Shown: positions 31,289 through 40,230 of the stretch, piece after piece
Numbering within the stretch: position 1 is the first letter of the stretch
Layout of the letters: each line of letters starts with the position of its first letter
Source: a virus
Taxonomy: Duplodnaviria; Heunggongvirae; Uroviricota; Caudoviricetes
Length of the DNA: 46,604 bases
Virus record (IMG/VR): IMGVR_UViG_2565956727_000002
Strand: one strand, 5' to 3'
The notes under the pieces: generated by a model
Told to the model about the DNA's origin: nothing
The model's database searches: none
Seen by the model: the letters and a program-made list of their open reading frames with translations, nothing else
Position numbers and translations under genes: made by a program

Positions 31289-31504
31289 TTAATCAGTAAT
31301 GATGACATTTGCTGCTGCAGGACCTTTAGCACCACTCTCTATAGAGAAGGTAACCTTTTGACCTTCAAATAAGGTTCGATAATTATCATTCTGAATCGCA
31401 GAAAAATGCACAAACACATCTTTACTACCATCAACAGGAGAAATAAAGCCGAAACCTTTATCAGCGTTAAACCATTTTACTAAACCAGTCATTTTATTTG
31501 ACAT
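31289..31504 (-). CDS. cspB: cold shock protein CspB
   Basis: 71 aa with CspA-family motifs ([17 protein letters not shown]). Confidence 0.9.
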   Translation of the reverse strand: MSNKMTGLVKWFNADKGFGFISPVDGSKDVFVHFSAIQNDNYRTLFEGQKVTFSIESGAKGPAAANVIITD

Positions 31505-31804
31505 TCTACATTCCTTAACTTGAGCCTTTCGGCATAAATGGTTTGCATAACAGAAACGACTTCGTACTTAATTGGAGAGACTCAAAGAAGGAATAAGTGA
31601 ATAACACCTGAAATGAGAACTGCTTTAGTAAACTACTTCGTATATCGTCTGTTCTTCAAACCGACGCAATCATTAACGCATAGTTGAACATATGAAGCAA
31701 TGTTTATTTTAGACATCCAGCCATCTTCAACCCCATCAAAAAACTATAGCTTTCTTCAGGAACGTGTGTATAGTGCGCCAAGTTATCAGTATTAAGGAAT
31801 TTTT

Positions 31805-32017
31805 TTGTCCCGTAAAATGACAGGAATTGTCAAAACCTTTGACGGCAAAAGCGGCAAGGGTCTTATCACCCCATCCGATGGTCGTATCGATGTCCAGCTT
31901 CATGTTTCAGCGCTCAATCTCCGCGATGCAGAAGAAATTACCACCGGATTACGCGTGGAATTTTGCCGGATAAATGGTCTGCGTGGCCCTTCAGCTGCCA
32001 ATGTTTACCTTTCATGA
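31805..32017 (+). CDS. cspF: cold shock-like protein CspF
   Basis: 70 aa cold-shock-domain paralogue ([23 protein letters not shown]...); start is a TTG at 31805 or the ATG at 31817. Confidence 0.85.
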
Positions 32018-32309
32018 GCTATATTAAAGCTTTAATTTCAGGCCCCATCGGATCACACATGGAGAGTTTTTATGAATAACCCCGTCTGTCTTGATGACTG
32101 GTTGATTGGCTTTAAAAGCTTATGCTGTACTTTGGCCGTAATAGCTCTGCTAATAATATAATAAGCAGACTCATTGTGTTTAGGGACATTGTACTGGAAG
32201 AAAACATTTTAAACATCAGGCAAATAACCAAGTCACCAGCTAAATAATAAGTTAACAGACATGAGTCCCGGGATGAGATTCAACATTACCATTGCCCCAT
32301 TTAAAGCAC

Positions 32310-32345
32310 AAAACCCGCTCATCAGCGGGTTTTCTACTTTTTCTT
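32310..32345. terminator. bidirectional rho-independent terminator; candidate tR' downstream of Q
   Basis: hairpin aaacccgc-tcatca-gcgggttt flanked by T-runs on both strands, about 100 nt downstream of the Q stop. Confidence 0.5.
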
Positions 32346-32438
32346 AACGTCGGGTATACAAAGCCCATCGTTGAAAAAATTTTATCCATATTTTTTGAAA
32401 AATGCAAACATCATGTCGCCATCTTCAGCAAAAATCAT

Positions 32439-33191
32439 TTATCTCGTCACCTTCCTCAATTGCGCTTCCGCGTATGCTTCTTCCTGCCAGCACTTTGTTA
32501 CCAGTTTACCAATGACGTCCGCATACCCCTTATACCACTGATAATCGGTCAGGTCTGGTACCAGCTTCTGGACATGACGTCGTGCCAGCGTGGTCGGTAA
32601 ACGACTAAACCGGTTTCCATTACAACGCCCACAAATCTTATATACCGGTACGCCATGAAACCGGGTTCTTTTTTCATCCAGAACAATCCCTTTACCCTTA
32701 CACCCTCTGCACGCTGTGCTGACTTCGCCCTTACCATGGCAATGCTGACATAGTTCCTTCACCCATTCTTCCTTGATTACAGATTCCCCGCGTCTGTAGT
32801 GTTTCACCACTTCGCGCAATACATTATAAAATCCCGTACCTGAACAATGCTCACAGCGAGCCTTACTTGCCGCAGACCTGGAGTAATCAGCAAAGGCAAA
32901 ACTCACGAGGTAAGGAATAATCTGTAACCGGATTTCTTCACTCAATTTGTTCAATGTCGGGTTATCCAGTGCCATCGCGTAATTTAGCAGGCCTTCAATC
33001 GCAAACTGAGGGTCCTGAACACCAACTTTTGCCAGAAATAAGGCCAACCCAAGTGGTGCTTTCGACTGCACCATCCCCTGCGCTGCCATTACATCCGTAA
33101 TTGTTAAACAACCGGTGCCTGTCGCTGGAGCGTCATCGCTCAATTTTGGAGATTTTGGGGAGTAATATTTTGGTAAGGCTTCAAGGTTCAT
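32439..33191 (-). CDS. quuQ: late-gene antitermination protein Q (QuuQ/phage-21-type)
   Basis: About 250 aa with CxxC...CxxC zinc-binding motifs (CEHCSGTG...CQHCHGKG...CRGCKGKG); position upstream of the lysis genes. Confidence 0.8.
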   Translation of the reverse strand: MNLEALPKYYSPKSPKLSDDAPATGTGCLTITDVMAAQGMVQSKAPLGLALFLAKVGVQDPQFAIEGLLNYAMALDNPTLNKLSEEIRLQIIPYLVSFAFADYSRSAASKARCEHCSGTGFYNVLREVVKHYRRGESVIKEEWVKELCQHCHGKGEVSTACRGCKGKGIVLDEKRTRFHGVPVYKICGRCNGNRFSRLPTTLARRHVQKLVPDLTDYQWYKGYADVIGKLVTKCWQEEAYAEAQLRKVTR

Positions 33192-33261
33192 GCTCGTTCT
33201 CCACTTACGCCAGTACGCCAATTGCCAGCGCGCGATCGATAAAACGAAATATCAGCTCCAG

Positions 33262-34293
33262 TTAGGAGCCATACTTCTCTTCAAATGCCACTGTATCCGT
33301 ATGCAGCTCGTTGTGATGCTTTCTGCACAAAGGCAACACAAAGAGATCATGTGCTTTTGTTCCCATTCCGCCCTGCCCGTGACCAATCAGATGATGCGGA
33401 TCGTCGGCTGGCATACCGCAGCAAGCACACGGCTGTGTCTTAACCCAACGTGTGTATTTCTCCTTAACCCAGCGGCGACGTTTAGGCAGCTTCATGAAAG
33501 ATTCCGGAGACTCTGGATCAACGGTGATGCTTACCACCGTCTTTTCCTGTGGTGTTTTTTGTTGCTGGTGGGCGTAAGGCAACGGTGCAAGATTTTTTGT
33601 GCGTTGTTTCAATATGCTGGTGGCGGTCTGCTCTCCCGGTACGATGTCGCTTTCGCGGTACACCGAGCAGATTTTTTCCGCTGGTAATCCCAGCGAACGA
33701 CGCGATACAGCCTCAGGTAGTGCATCCACCACCTGATTGCAGACCGCCCACCAGGATAATTCAGCCAAAGATAATTCCCGCTCCTGCGTACCGCTTATTG
33801 CGTGACGGATGACGTCAATCACCCATGCTGTCAGATTTTGTTGAGCAAGCAGCTCCAGTGATTCCGATGTCTGGTCACGCAGTTGGTTGTCGCAGTGCCA
33901 ACACAACACCATTGCGCCGGTACCATAACGGTGAATGACTGTTTCAGAGTGATGGTAATCGCCATTAGGCCACTGGCAGGATGTAACATGACGTAATAGC
34001 CAGTCAGACAATGCGCCAACACCGCCAGCAGCACGAATCACCCGTTCGTTACTAAAAAACGGCAGCAATGTTTTGTCTTCCGCCAGCGGCTGGCGAACGG
34101 CAGGAACGACTCCGGATGGCAGATTACGCATGCTTTTTGGTTCCGGTTCCACCAGCACTCGAGGATTATGAAATATCTGTATGGATTCACGGCCCGGCTT
34201 AAGGACCACCAGCCCAAGCTCAGGCACCAGAACAGGTCTAAGTAATACCCGCACGTTACCTCCAGATCCGTTGCTGGAAAGTGCGGGACGCAC
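33262..34293 (-). CDS. DUF968 family protein with C-terminal HNH-like motif (YdfU-like)
   Basis: 343 aa; C-terminal ...CACCGMPADDPHHLIGHG...CRKHHNELH... HNH-like zinc-finger nuclease motif. Confidence 0.75.
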   Translation of the reverse strand: MRPALSSNGSGGNVRVLLRPVLVPELGLVVLKPGRESIQIFHNPRVLVEPEPKSMRNLPSGVVPAVRQPLAEDKTLLPFFSNERVIRAAGGVGALSDWLLRHVTSCQWPNGDYHHSETVIHRYGTGAMVLCWHCDNQLRDQTSESLELLAQQNLTAWVIDVIRHAISGTQERELSLAELSWWAVCNQVVDALPEAVSRRSLGLPAEKICSVYRESDIVPGEQTATSILKQRTKNLAPLPYAHQQQKTPQEKTVVSITVDPESPESFMKLPKRRRWVKEKYTRWVKTQPCACCGMPADDPHHLIGHGQGGMGTKAHDLFVLPLCRKHHNELHTDTVAFEEKYGS

Positions 34294-34534
34294 GTGGTGG
34301 GCGTTCGGAGTAAGGCAATCTGACTGAGATTATCCAGTGACGGTAGTCGAGGCTAAGGGCTTTCTTAACCTCGTATCCGCGCCTGCGGTAACACTGAATT
34401 ATCCATTCAGCCTGCTCTTCAGTGCATGGAGGGTGTTGGAACCATTCAGACTTGAATGCGTGAGAATACCGCTCGTGCGTGCAGACAAGAACGGGCGAAT
34501 TATCAGAATTGTAATATTTTACGTTGCGTGCCAT
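34256..34534 (-). CDS. hypothetical protein (92 aa)
   Basis: ORF with several Cys/His residues; overlaps the 5' end of the DUF968 ORF. Confidence 0.4.
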   Translation of the reverse strand: MARNVKYYNSDNSPVLVCTHERYSHAFKSEWFQHPPCTEEQAEWIIQCYRRRGYEVKKALSLDYRHWIISVRLPYSERPPRASRTFQQRIWR

Positions 34535-34600
34535 CGGTTTTCTCCGGTGGCACGGTGTTACTCAGCGGGAGTTCAGCCCCGCGCAAGATTGTAGATGAGT

Positions 34601-34852
34601 TTATTCTTCTGCAAAAGCTGAAAAGCCTGCTTTTATTCCGATCTCTTTCAGTGCCTGTAATGAAGTGACAAACTCACCTTCGCGCAAGATAAATCCGTCT
34701 GTCACTCGACCATCCACAAAATTAATTAACGCAGCCCCATTCTTTCGCAAACACATAATGCGGTAATGACTAACAAGATTTCCATTTTCAACGCACACAG
34801 CATAGAGGCCATCTTCACAAAAAATTTTACGCAGTTCTTCGATGTTCATCAT
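34601..34852 (-). CDS. hypothetical protein (83 aa), possibly Rem-like
   Basis: 83-aa ORF upstream of the hok locus, same size and position as rem in the K-12 Qin prophage; sequence identity not verified. Confidence 0.4.
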   Translation of the reverse strand: MMNIEELRKIFCEDGLYAVCVENGNLVSHYRIMCLRKNGAALINFVDGRVTDGFILREGEFVTSLQALKEIGIKAGFSAFAEE

Positions 34853-34964
34853 CAGAATCCTTCCGGATAATTAGCTCTCCCCTTTAAGGGACCATCCCTC
34901 TTATCCCTGCGCGCTACTTAAGTATTTTTGATTCTATTCCGGCACCGTCCAGAACTTCAAACGC

Positions 34965-34999
34965 GTTGAAAATAAAAACAAAAACCCGCCGAAGCGGGT
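34965..34999 (-). terminator. rho-independent terminator downstream of hok
   Basis: hairpin cccgc-cgaa-gcggg followed on the minus strand by TTTTTGTTTTTATTTT. Confidence 0.6.
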
Positions 35000-35068
35000 T
35001 AAGTGCGGGTGCGTTGAGGATGCCTGACACATCAGAGGTGGCGAGGGATTTCTCCCTCGCCGGGTCTC

Positions 35069-35224
35069 TTACTCCTCAGGTTCGTAAGCTGTGAAGACAG
35101 CGACCTCCGTCTGGCCGGTTCGGATTCGTACCTCGCAGAGGTCTTTCCTCGTTACCAGTGCCGTCACTATGACGGTTAAACAGATGACGATCAGGGCGAT
35201 TAACATCGCCTTTTGCTGCTTCAT
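35069..35224 (-). CDS. hokD: Hok-family membrane toxin (HokD/RelF)
   Basis: 51 aa MKQQKAMLIALIVICLTVIVTALVTRKDLCEVRIRTGQTEVAVFTAYEPEE, a canonical Hok toxin. Confidence 0.9.
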   Translation of the reverse strand: MKQQKAMLIALIVICLTVIVTALVTRKDLCEVRIRTGQTEVAVFTAYEPEE

Positions 35225-35281
35225 AGCCTGCTTCTCCTTGCCTTCCGGCACGTAAGAGGCTAACCTACATGTGTCTAGCAT
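35069..35281 (-). CDS. mokD: Mok-like in-frame N-terminally extended reading frame for hok translation control
   Basis: 70-aa ORF including the hok frame with a 19-aa N-terminal extension, as for mokC/hokC. Confidence 0.5.
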   Translation of the reverse strand: MLDTCRLASYVPEGKEKQAMKQQKAMLIALIVICLTVIVTALVTRKDLCEVRIRTGQTEVAVFTAYEPEE

Positions 35282-35420
35282 GAAATTGGCCTCAGATTAA
35301 TGTTAAGCGTCTTGCAGGACGCGTAATGTTAACTGGGGCTTTTCTCTATCTGCCTTTGGTGTTCATGCCCGAGGCAGATAGCCTCAAGCACCCGCAGCCA
35401 TTCTACTTAACTACCTTTAC
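35282..35420. promoter_or_regulatory. hok mRNA leader / putative Sok-like antisense RNA region
   Basis: Non-coding region upstream of mok/hok with an extended inverted repeat (tatctgcc...ggcagata); by analogy with hok/sok loci. Confidence 0.35.
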
Positions 35421-35876
35421 CTCGCCAATATGAAATCAGTCAGAAAGGCGATCCATAAGAACAATAGCAAGACAATAAATCGCCATTACAGCCGTAATAG
35501 CCAGCGCACATTTGAGAACCAGCACCACAACCTCCTGTATTGGACGTACACCAGTCCTGATAAATATGAGGCTGTCTCGTCCGTGATTCAATACAACTAT
35601 TGGGTATGGTTTCTCTGATTTTTCTGTGGAAATGGAGCTCAACCACTAGTCACCACCAGCACTTCTTTTAATACGCAAAGTCCGACGCAAGCCAACAGGT
35701 TCAATTTCATATATATGAATTTTAAGCAGTATTCACCTACACGATTATTAGCAATTTCCTGAATATATGATGGAGTGTCTTGACGATTTTAGACCAGAAA
35801 CGCCCTCCACGTATTTCTGAGCGTACGCAACATATGTTATGGCAAATGCGAGCATATGGTAGAGTCAAATAAGTAA

Positions 35877-35898
35877 GAGCCACCCGCAGGTGGCTCTT
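35877..35898 (-). terminator. putative terminator just downstream of the AIPR-like gene
   Basis: hairpin agagccacc-cgca-ggtggctct 5 nt after the stop codon, followed by T-rich sequence. Confidence 0.45.
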
Positions 35899-35902
35899 AC
35901 TT

Positions 35903-37678
35903 TTACTCTTGCAATTCGATGATCTGCTCTTTACCTAGTAGATGATTAATAATATTTAATACTTTTTCTCTGTTCTGGAAGAATCTTGCTATATAACTAT
36001 TGGGGAAGACTTCCTGTATGTGATTATAAGTATCAGAAGCCAGCTCTATACATTCCTCCAGTGAAACGTTTCGGCTATAAGAGAAGATGTGATTCTCCAC
36101 AGAGGAAACTTCTATTTTATTCATGAGTATGGATATTAAAACATAATTTCCATGAATCATTATTTGATGAATCTGCTTCTGATTTTCCATATCTACTGAT
36201 AGTAGTTTAACTATACTTTCTTGCAATATATCATTTGCTAATCTATAAGCATTTACTTTATTTATTATATCCAAACCGGTAGGACCATTTTCAGCTGGGA
36301 ATACTTTTTCATAAAGACCTCCCCAGCTTTCAAAAAAACGTCCTCTATTTAGTTTTAAGGAAGATATCAATGTTTCATCTTTAGAGGCACACACTAATGC
36401 GTTTAAAGCATCATCAATATCAATGGTATTACCACCTGTCTGGCTGGAGTCTTCTTGCCTGAGTAGTTTGTAGCTATATCCGCCAATAAAGTTTATTTCT
36501 CTTTGTATTCTTTGTTGCTCGGGCCTCTGTGATGAGAAATCTCTTCCAGTAACCCTGTTTTGTGTATTGTTGAATTTAGTGACAGAGGTTAAAAAATCTT
36601 CTTTTGCTGCACTGATAAATCTAATGCTCACCTTGATTAGATCTTTTTTTTCTTCGGGTAAAGAGTTGAACACTTCACCAATAGTGCTTACAGTTTGAGC
36701 TCCATTTATTATACTCAGACTTTTAAAACTAAATAGCCCGTACTTCCTGCTTGTACTTAAGTTGATCATGCTTTCTTCTACATCACTATATACAGCAGTT
36801 ATCCCATTGTTATAGTACCAAAAATTCTCCGGCTTTTCACTTAATGTTTTCTTTATCCCAGAGTTTATGGATGAATTACCGAGGACACTTCTTATATTTT
36901 TCTCGAACAGAGAGTACTTGTACTTTTCCCACCAGTCGTATAGGATCCTTGCGGATATTGTTCCGTATATTGCTTTATAAGGTTCTGCTATCTCTCCATA
37001 ACTTTCAAGGTGAACATTGCTAACATTTATAGATTTTGATCGATCATTAGAAAGACCATCCATTATCACTTGTATACCTGCCGGCTCGAATAGCACTGAA
37101 TACTCATCTCTATTCTCTATATCTTTAAATAATAGAGACCGATTCTGAACCTTTTCCCAAAACTCTATGTCTGATTTTACTTCCTCGCTTGGCTCATGAA
37201 CCCCTGTATATATAAATACACATATACATTTATATGTAAATCCTGAGATTGCTTCAATTATGGAGTCTTTGTTTCTTAAAAACCTTTCGTTAAATGTTGT
37301 AAAGTCGCTGGCTATTACTTTTGCGCATGCGTCTTTGAATCTTCCGAATTCTCTTGTGGTTATAGAACCGTCGCCATTTTTAATATATTTTGACTGAACT
37401 ATTACTATCTTTCTCGAATTTTTATTAACATAAACTGCATCTATCCCGCCATCATCTTTTCCATCGCAGACAGCATTAGCAGCTAACTCAGGGTCTGGTT
37501 CATCACCATACAAGCTGATTGCATGCGCAGCTACACAGCGTGTAATTAGAGTTTCTTTCCTATGCTCTCCTACGGAATTAATATCTTTCATATCAATAAA
37601 AGTTCCGTATATAGACTCTAATTGATTAGTTATGCGTACTAAACCTGCTGTTTGCGTGGCTTTGTCGTACTGGGACAT
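35903..37678 (-). CDS. putative abortive-infection / anti-phage defence protein, AIPR-like, with N-terminal PD-(D/E)xK-like nuclease motif
   Basis: 591 aa in a markedly AT-rich segment; N-terminal DGGIDAVYV...IVIVQSKY nuclease-like motif; central NGAQT motif characteristic of AIPR proteins; own terminator and about 290 bp upstream non-coding region. Confidence 0.6.
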   Translation of the reverse strand: MSQYDKATQTAGLVRITNQLESIYGTFIDMKDINSVGEHRKETLITRCVAAHAISLYGDEPDPELAANAVCDGKDDGGIDAVYVNKNSRKIVIVQSKYIKNGDGSITTREFGRFKDACAKVIASDFTTFNERFLRNKDSIIEAISGFTYKCICVFIYTGVHEPSEEVKSDIEFWEKVQNRSLLFKDIENRDEYSVLFEPAGIQVIMDGLSNDRSKSINVSNVHLESYGEIAEPYKAIYGTISARILYDWWEKYKYSLFEKNIRSVLGNSSINSGIKKTLSEKPENFWYYNNGITAVYSDVEESMINLSTSRKYGLFSFKSLSIINGAQTVSTIGEVFNSLPEEKKDLIKVSIRFISAAKEDFLTSVTKFNNTQNRVTGRDFSSQRPEQQRIQREINFIGGYSYKLLRQEDSSQTGGNTIDIDDALNALVCASKDETLISSLKLNRGRFFESWGGLYEKVFPAENGPTGLDIINKVNAYRLANDILQESIVKLLSVDMENQKQIHQIMIHGNYVLISILMNKIEVSSVENHIFSYSRNVSLEECIELASDTYNHIQEVFPNSYIARFFQNREKVLNIINHLLGKEQIIELQE

Positions 37679-37969
37679 CCTTTGCGCTCCTGAACATGTA
37701 ACAAAATATGATTCGCATTATAAGATTTTTTTAATGTTTAGCCGAAGAGTTTTTTGCATGAGTTATGACATAAGTTTAGTTCGTAGTTCTGCGATATAGT
37801 TTTCTCCTGAAAACAAAAAACATCTGGGGCATGAGGTGAGCTCCGAAAGTTGGACATCTCAACGATTATGTCAAGAGCGTCTACTGGGACGTGGTCTGTG
37901 TAAACGGTCACTCCTAGTACAAAGCAGACAACAATGCCAGTTTTAATCTAATCCTATACAACAGAAATG

Positions 37970-38425
37970 TCATTTCACATTTGAACTAATGCACTTTAAT
38001 ATCGTTACTTCAAAATGCTGAACATTTCCCTGATAAAACGCCAGTATGCGTTGCATCACTTCGCTCTTCCGGCACTCGCGACAGATTATGTTTAGACGAC
38101 TGTCGTAGCGACGTATTTCTCCGTCAGGTAATGACCAGATAAGGTCCGGATCAACCACAGCAGGTTTCTTCACCTTTGCCCTCGAGAGTTTTTTGCGGGC
38201 GTTTTGCCAGTCCTTACGCGCCTGTTCAGACGGGAATAACCCGTAACCAGAGCTGTATACATCGCCACTGGCAACCAGCTCTCTGGCCAGAACGCTCATC
38301 AGATATCTTGTTGCCCCAGTTTTAGTTTCCAGTTGTCGTAACGTCTCGCGCCCACTCTGGCGTACGAGTTCCACCACCTGCCCTTTAATTTTTTCCCGCT
38401 CTTCTTGTGTAAAAACTTTTGCCAC
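37970..38425 (-). CDS. hypothetical protein (151 aa)
   Basis: ORF between the replication initiator and the AIPR-like gene; basic, CxxC pair (CRECRK); function unknown. Confidence 0.45.
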   Translation of the reverse strand: MAKVFTQEEREKIKGQVVELVRQSGRETLRQLETKTGATRYLMSVLARELVASGDVYSSGYGLFPSEQARKDWQNARKKLSRAKVKKPAVVDPDLIWSLPDGEIRRYDSRLNIICRECRKSEVMQRILAFYQGNVQHFEVTILKCISSNVK

Positions 38426-38465
38426 AAGTCCTCCTGAACATTACTTTATGCCCTAAAATCAACAC

Positions 38466-39485
38466 TTATCCCCTGAAACCAGGCGGAATTTCTGTATCCG
38501 GTTCAGAAATATGATTCACACAACGCTGTACAGGTGAACGTCCCAGGCGGATGACCAGTTCGTCCCATTTTTCGCGGAGTTTTGACGGGCTCATGATGTT
38601 TTTTACCCAGAATTGATCTCGCTGTACCCGACCAAACATTTCGCAAATTTGTCTGTGGCTTCTGCCATCCAGCATCCGCATTGTGCGCACGTCATTGGCC
38701 CAGGCTGTCCAGTTAGGCTCTTTTGGTCGCATGATCTCTCCATCGTCGCTGGCAGCCTGTTCGTAAAGGTTCACGATCCGCCCCCAAATCCACTGCGCAC
38801 ACGCCAAATCCTCCCTGCTACCCCACTGGCGTTTTTTCGCACTAAACACAACCGCGTCGGGGTTCCGGGTTAAAAAATCCTGTTCAGCGGTCTGCGGGTC
38901 CGGTTGCGAAGCTTCCGGACGAAAAGTGTTTTTATTCTCTGTAGTAATCTCTGTTGTATTCTCTGTAAGATCATCAGGCCATTTTGACCCGATGACATTG
39001 GGTCGTTTTGAACCAATGGAGCGTTTCGTTTTGACCTCTTCCATCGTGTCATTTTGACCTGATGGAGCGGCGCATTTTAAACCGATGGATTCGCTCAATT
39101 TGCCACCATCTAAAAGCTCGCTCCCGTAGTTGATCGTGTAGAAATTGGTCATATCGCGCTTTGATTTATTGAGCTTTTCACAACGCAAAAGCCCCAGCGT
39201 TTTCAGACTTGCAAACGCGCGCTTTAACGTTGACTCTGACCAGAATGGGAACTGTTCCAGCCATTGTTCCGTTGTGTTGTAAATCCAGCGAACACCATCA
39301 CATTCCATGCCGGAATTGGTATCTCTCAACCAGTAATGCAACTGCTGCAACACAATGGCTTCATTTAAGCCAATCTTCATCGCAAGCTGTGTGTTTATAA
39401 CCAGTGGGCGTTCAGCAAAAAGAAGGCTCATAATTCCATCCAGCTTTTTGTTGGTATTGCTGTCGATACGCAAGTTTGAAAGCAA
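38466..39485 (-). CDS. putative phage replication initiation protein (O-like / YdaU-like)
   Basis: 339 aa; N-terminal winged-helix-like region, acidic linker and conserved C-terminal domain; position downstream of the cro/cII-equivalent genes. Confidence 0.55.
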   Translation of the reverse strand: MLSNLRIDSNTNKKLDGIMSLLFAERPLVINTQLAMKIGLNEAIVLQQLHYWLRDTNSGMECDGVRWIYNTTEQWLEQFPFWSESTLKRAFASLKTLGLLRCEKLNKSKRDMTNFYTINYGSELLDGGKLSESIGLKCAAPSGQNDTMEEVKTKRSIGSKRPNVIGSKWPDDLTENTTEITTENKNTFRPEASQPDPQTAEQDFLTRNPDAVVFSAKKRQWGSREDLACAQWIWGRIVNLYEQAASDDGEIMRPKEPNWTAWANDVRTMRMLDGRSHRQICEMFGRVQRDQFWVKNIMSPSKLREKWDELVIRLGRSPVQRCVNHISEPDTEIPPGFRG

Positions 39486-39933
39486 TTGCTTTTTCTATAA
39501 GTTCGTCAGTTTCACGATCCACTACGGCAGGATCAGCAAAAAGCAGTCCGGACTCCACCACATCGCCATATTCTTTGTTTAACCCGGCGATCATGTACGT
39601 GATGCTTTTTCCGTCACTAATTTCACGATACAACCTGAAATCATTAATCCGAATAGCCTCCATAATTGCAGGCACTAGCGCCGTGAACTTTTCACGCTTA
39701 TCCCTGGTGTCGATAACCTTCCAGCGTTCGAATATCTTCACTCGATTAACGCCAAGTGCTCGCTGATCAACCGCGCCACCTTCATCTGTGACACGCTGAA
39801 CATCGATGTTCGGGCGCTCTTTCAAAGCCCAGAATGCTTCAGTGATTAATATCGTCGCCTGCTCCTGTGTCATTCCTGGTCGACATATCCAGGCATCCAG
39901 AGCCTCACGAGCCTGTTCAGGAGTGATTTTCAT
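39412..39933 (-). CDS. YdaT-like protein (cII-position regulator / putative toxin family)
   Basis: 173 aa immediately after the cro-like dicC gene; architecture and the ...FERWKVIDTRDKREKFTALVPAIMEAI... segment recall Rac YdaT. Confidence 0.55.
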   Translation of the reverse strand: MKITPEQAREALDAWICRPGMTQEQATILITEAFWALKERPNIDVQRVTDEGGAVDQRALGVNRVKIFERWKVIDTRDKREKFTALVPAIMEAIRINDFRLYREISDGKSITYMIAGLNKEYGDVVESGLLFADPAVVDRETDELIEKAIAFKLAYRQQYQQKAGWNYEPSFC

Positions 39934-40147
39934 TGTTCAACCGCCCCGCCCGCTTCGTCTTACGATATTCATCATAAACTTTGGGATCATACTGAAGCTC
40001 CCCGCCAGATGCCTCCTGTAGACGCATCGCGCGACCTTCGGGAACTAAATCCCCTTTCCAGCTATAAAGCGAAGCCAAACGAATACCTGCTGCTTGTGCA
40101 AGTTTTGTTTTTGAACCGAAATACAAAAGAGCGTCAGTTTTAAGCAT
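39917..40147 (-). CDS. dicC: Cro-like transcriptional regulator DicC
   Basis: 76 aa divergent from dicA; matches DicC as I recall it. Confidence 0.85.
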   Translation of the reverse strand: MLKTDALLYFGSKTKLAQAAGIRLASLYSWKGDLVPEGRAMRLQEASGGELQYDPKVYDEYRKTKRAGRLNNENHS

Positions 40148-40161
40148 TTAAAACACCTTTA

Positions 40162-40228
40162 TTGTTAGTCATAACTAACAAGATAGATGTTAACAAAAAC
40201 ATAGTCAATACGATTTAGCATTAGCTAA
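40162..40228. promoter_or_regulatory. dicA-dicC divergent promoter/operator region with two palindromic operators
   Basis: Near-perfect palindromes TTGTTAGTCATAACTAACAA (40162..40181) and TTAGCATTAGCTAA (40215..40228) in the 83-bp intergenic region. Confidence 0.6.
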
Positions 40229-40230
40229 CT

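Noticed and set aside
33190-33687. 165-aa ORF on the plus strand
   Set aside because: Antisense to the DUF968/HNH gene and to the 5' end of Q; shadow ORF
35430-35646. Small ORFs (62 to 68 aa) on both strands that might represent relE/relB
   Set aside because: Translations show no RelE or RelB features (no RelE-like basic C-terminal region, no RHH); more likely non-coding leader or antisense RNA sequence of the hok locus
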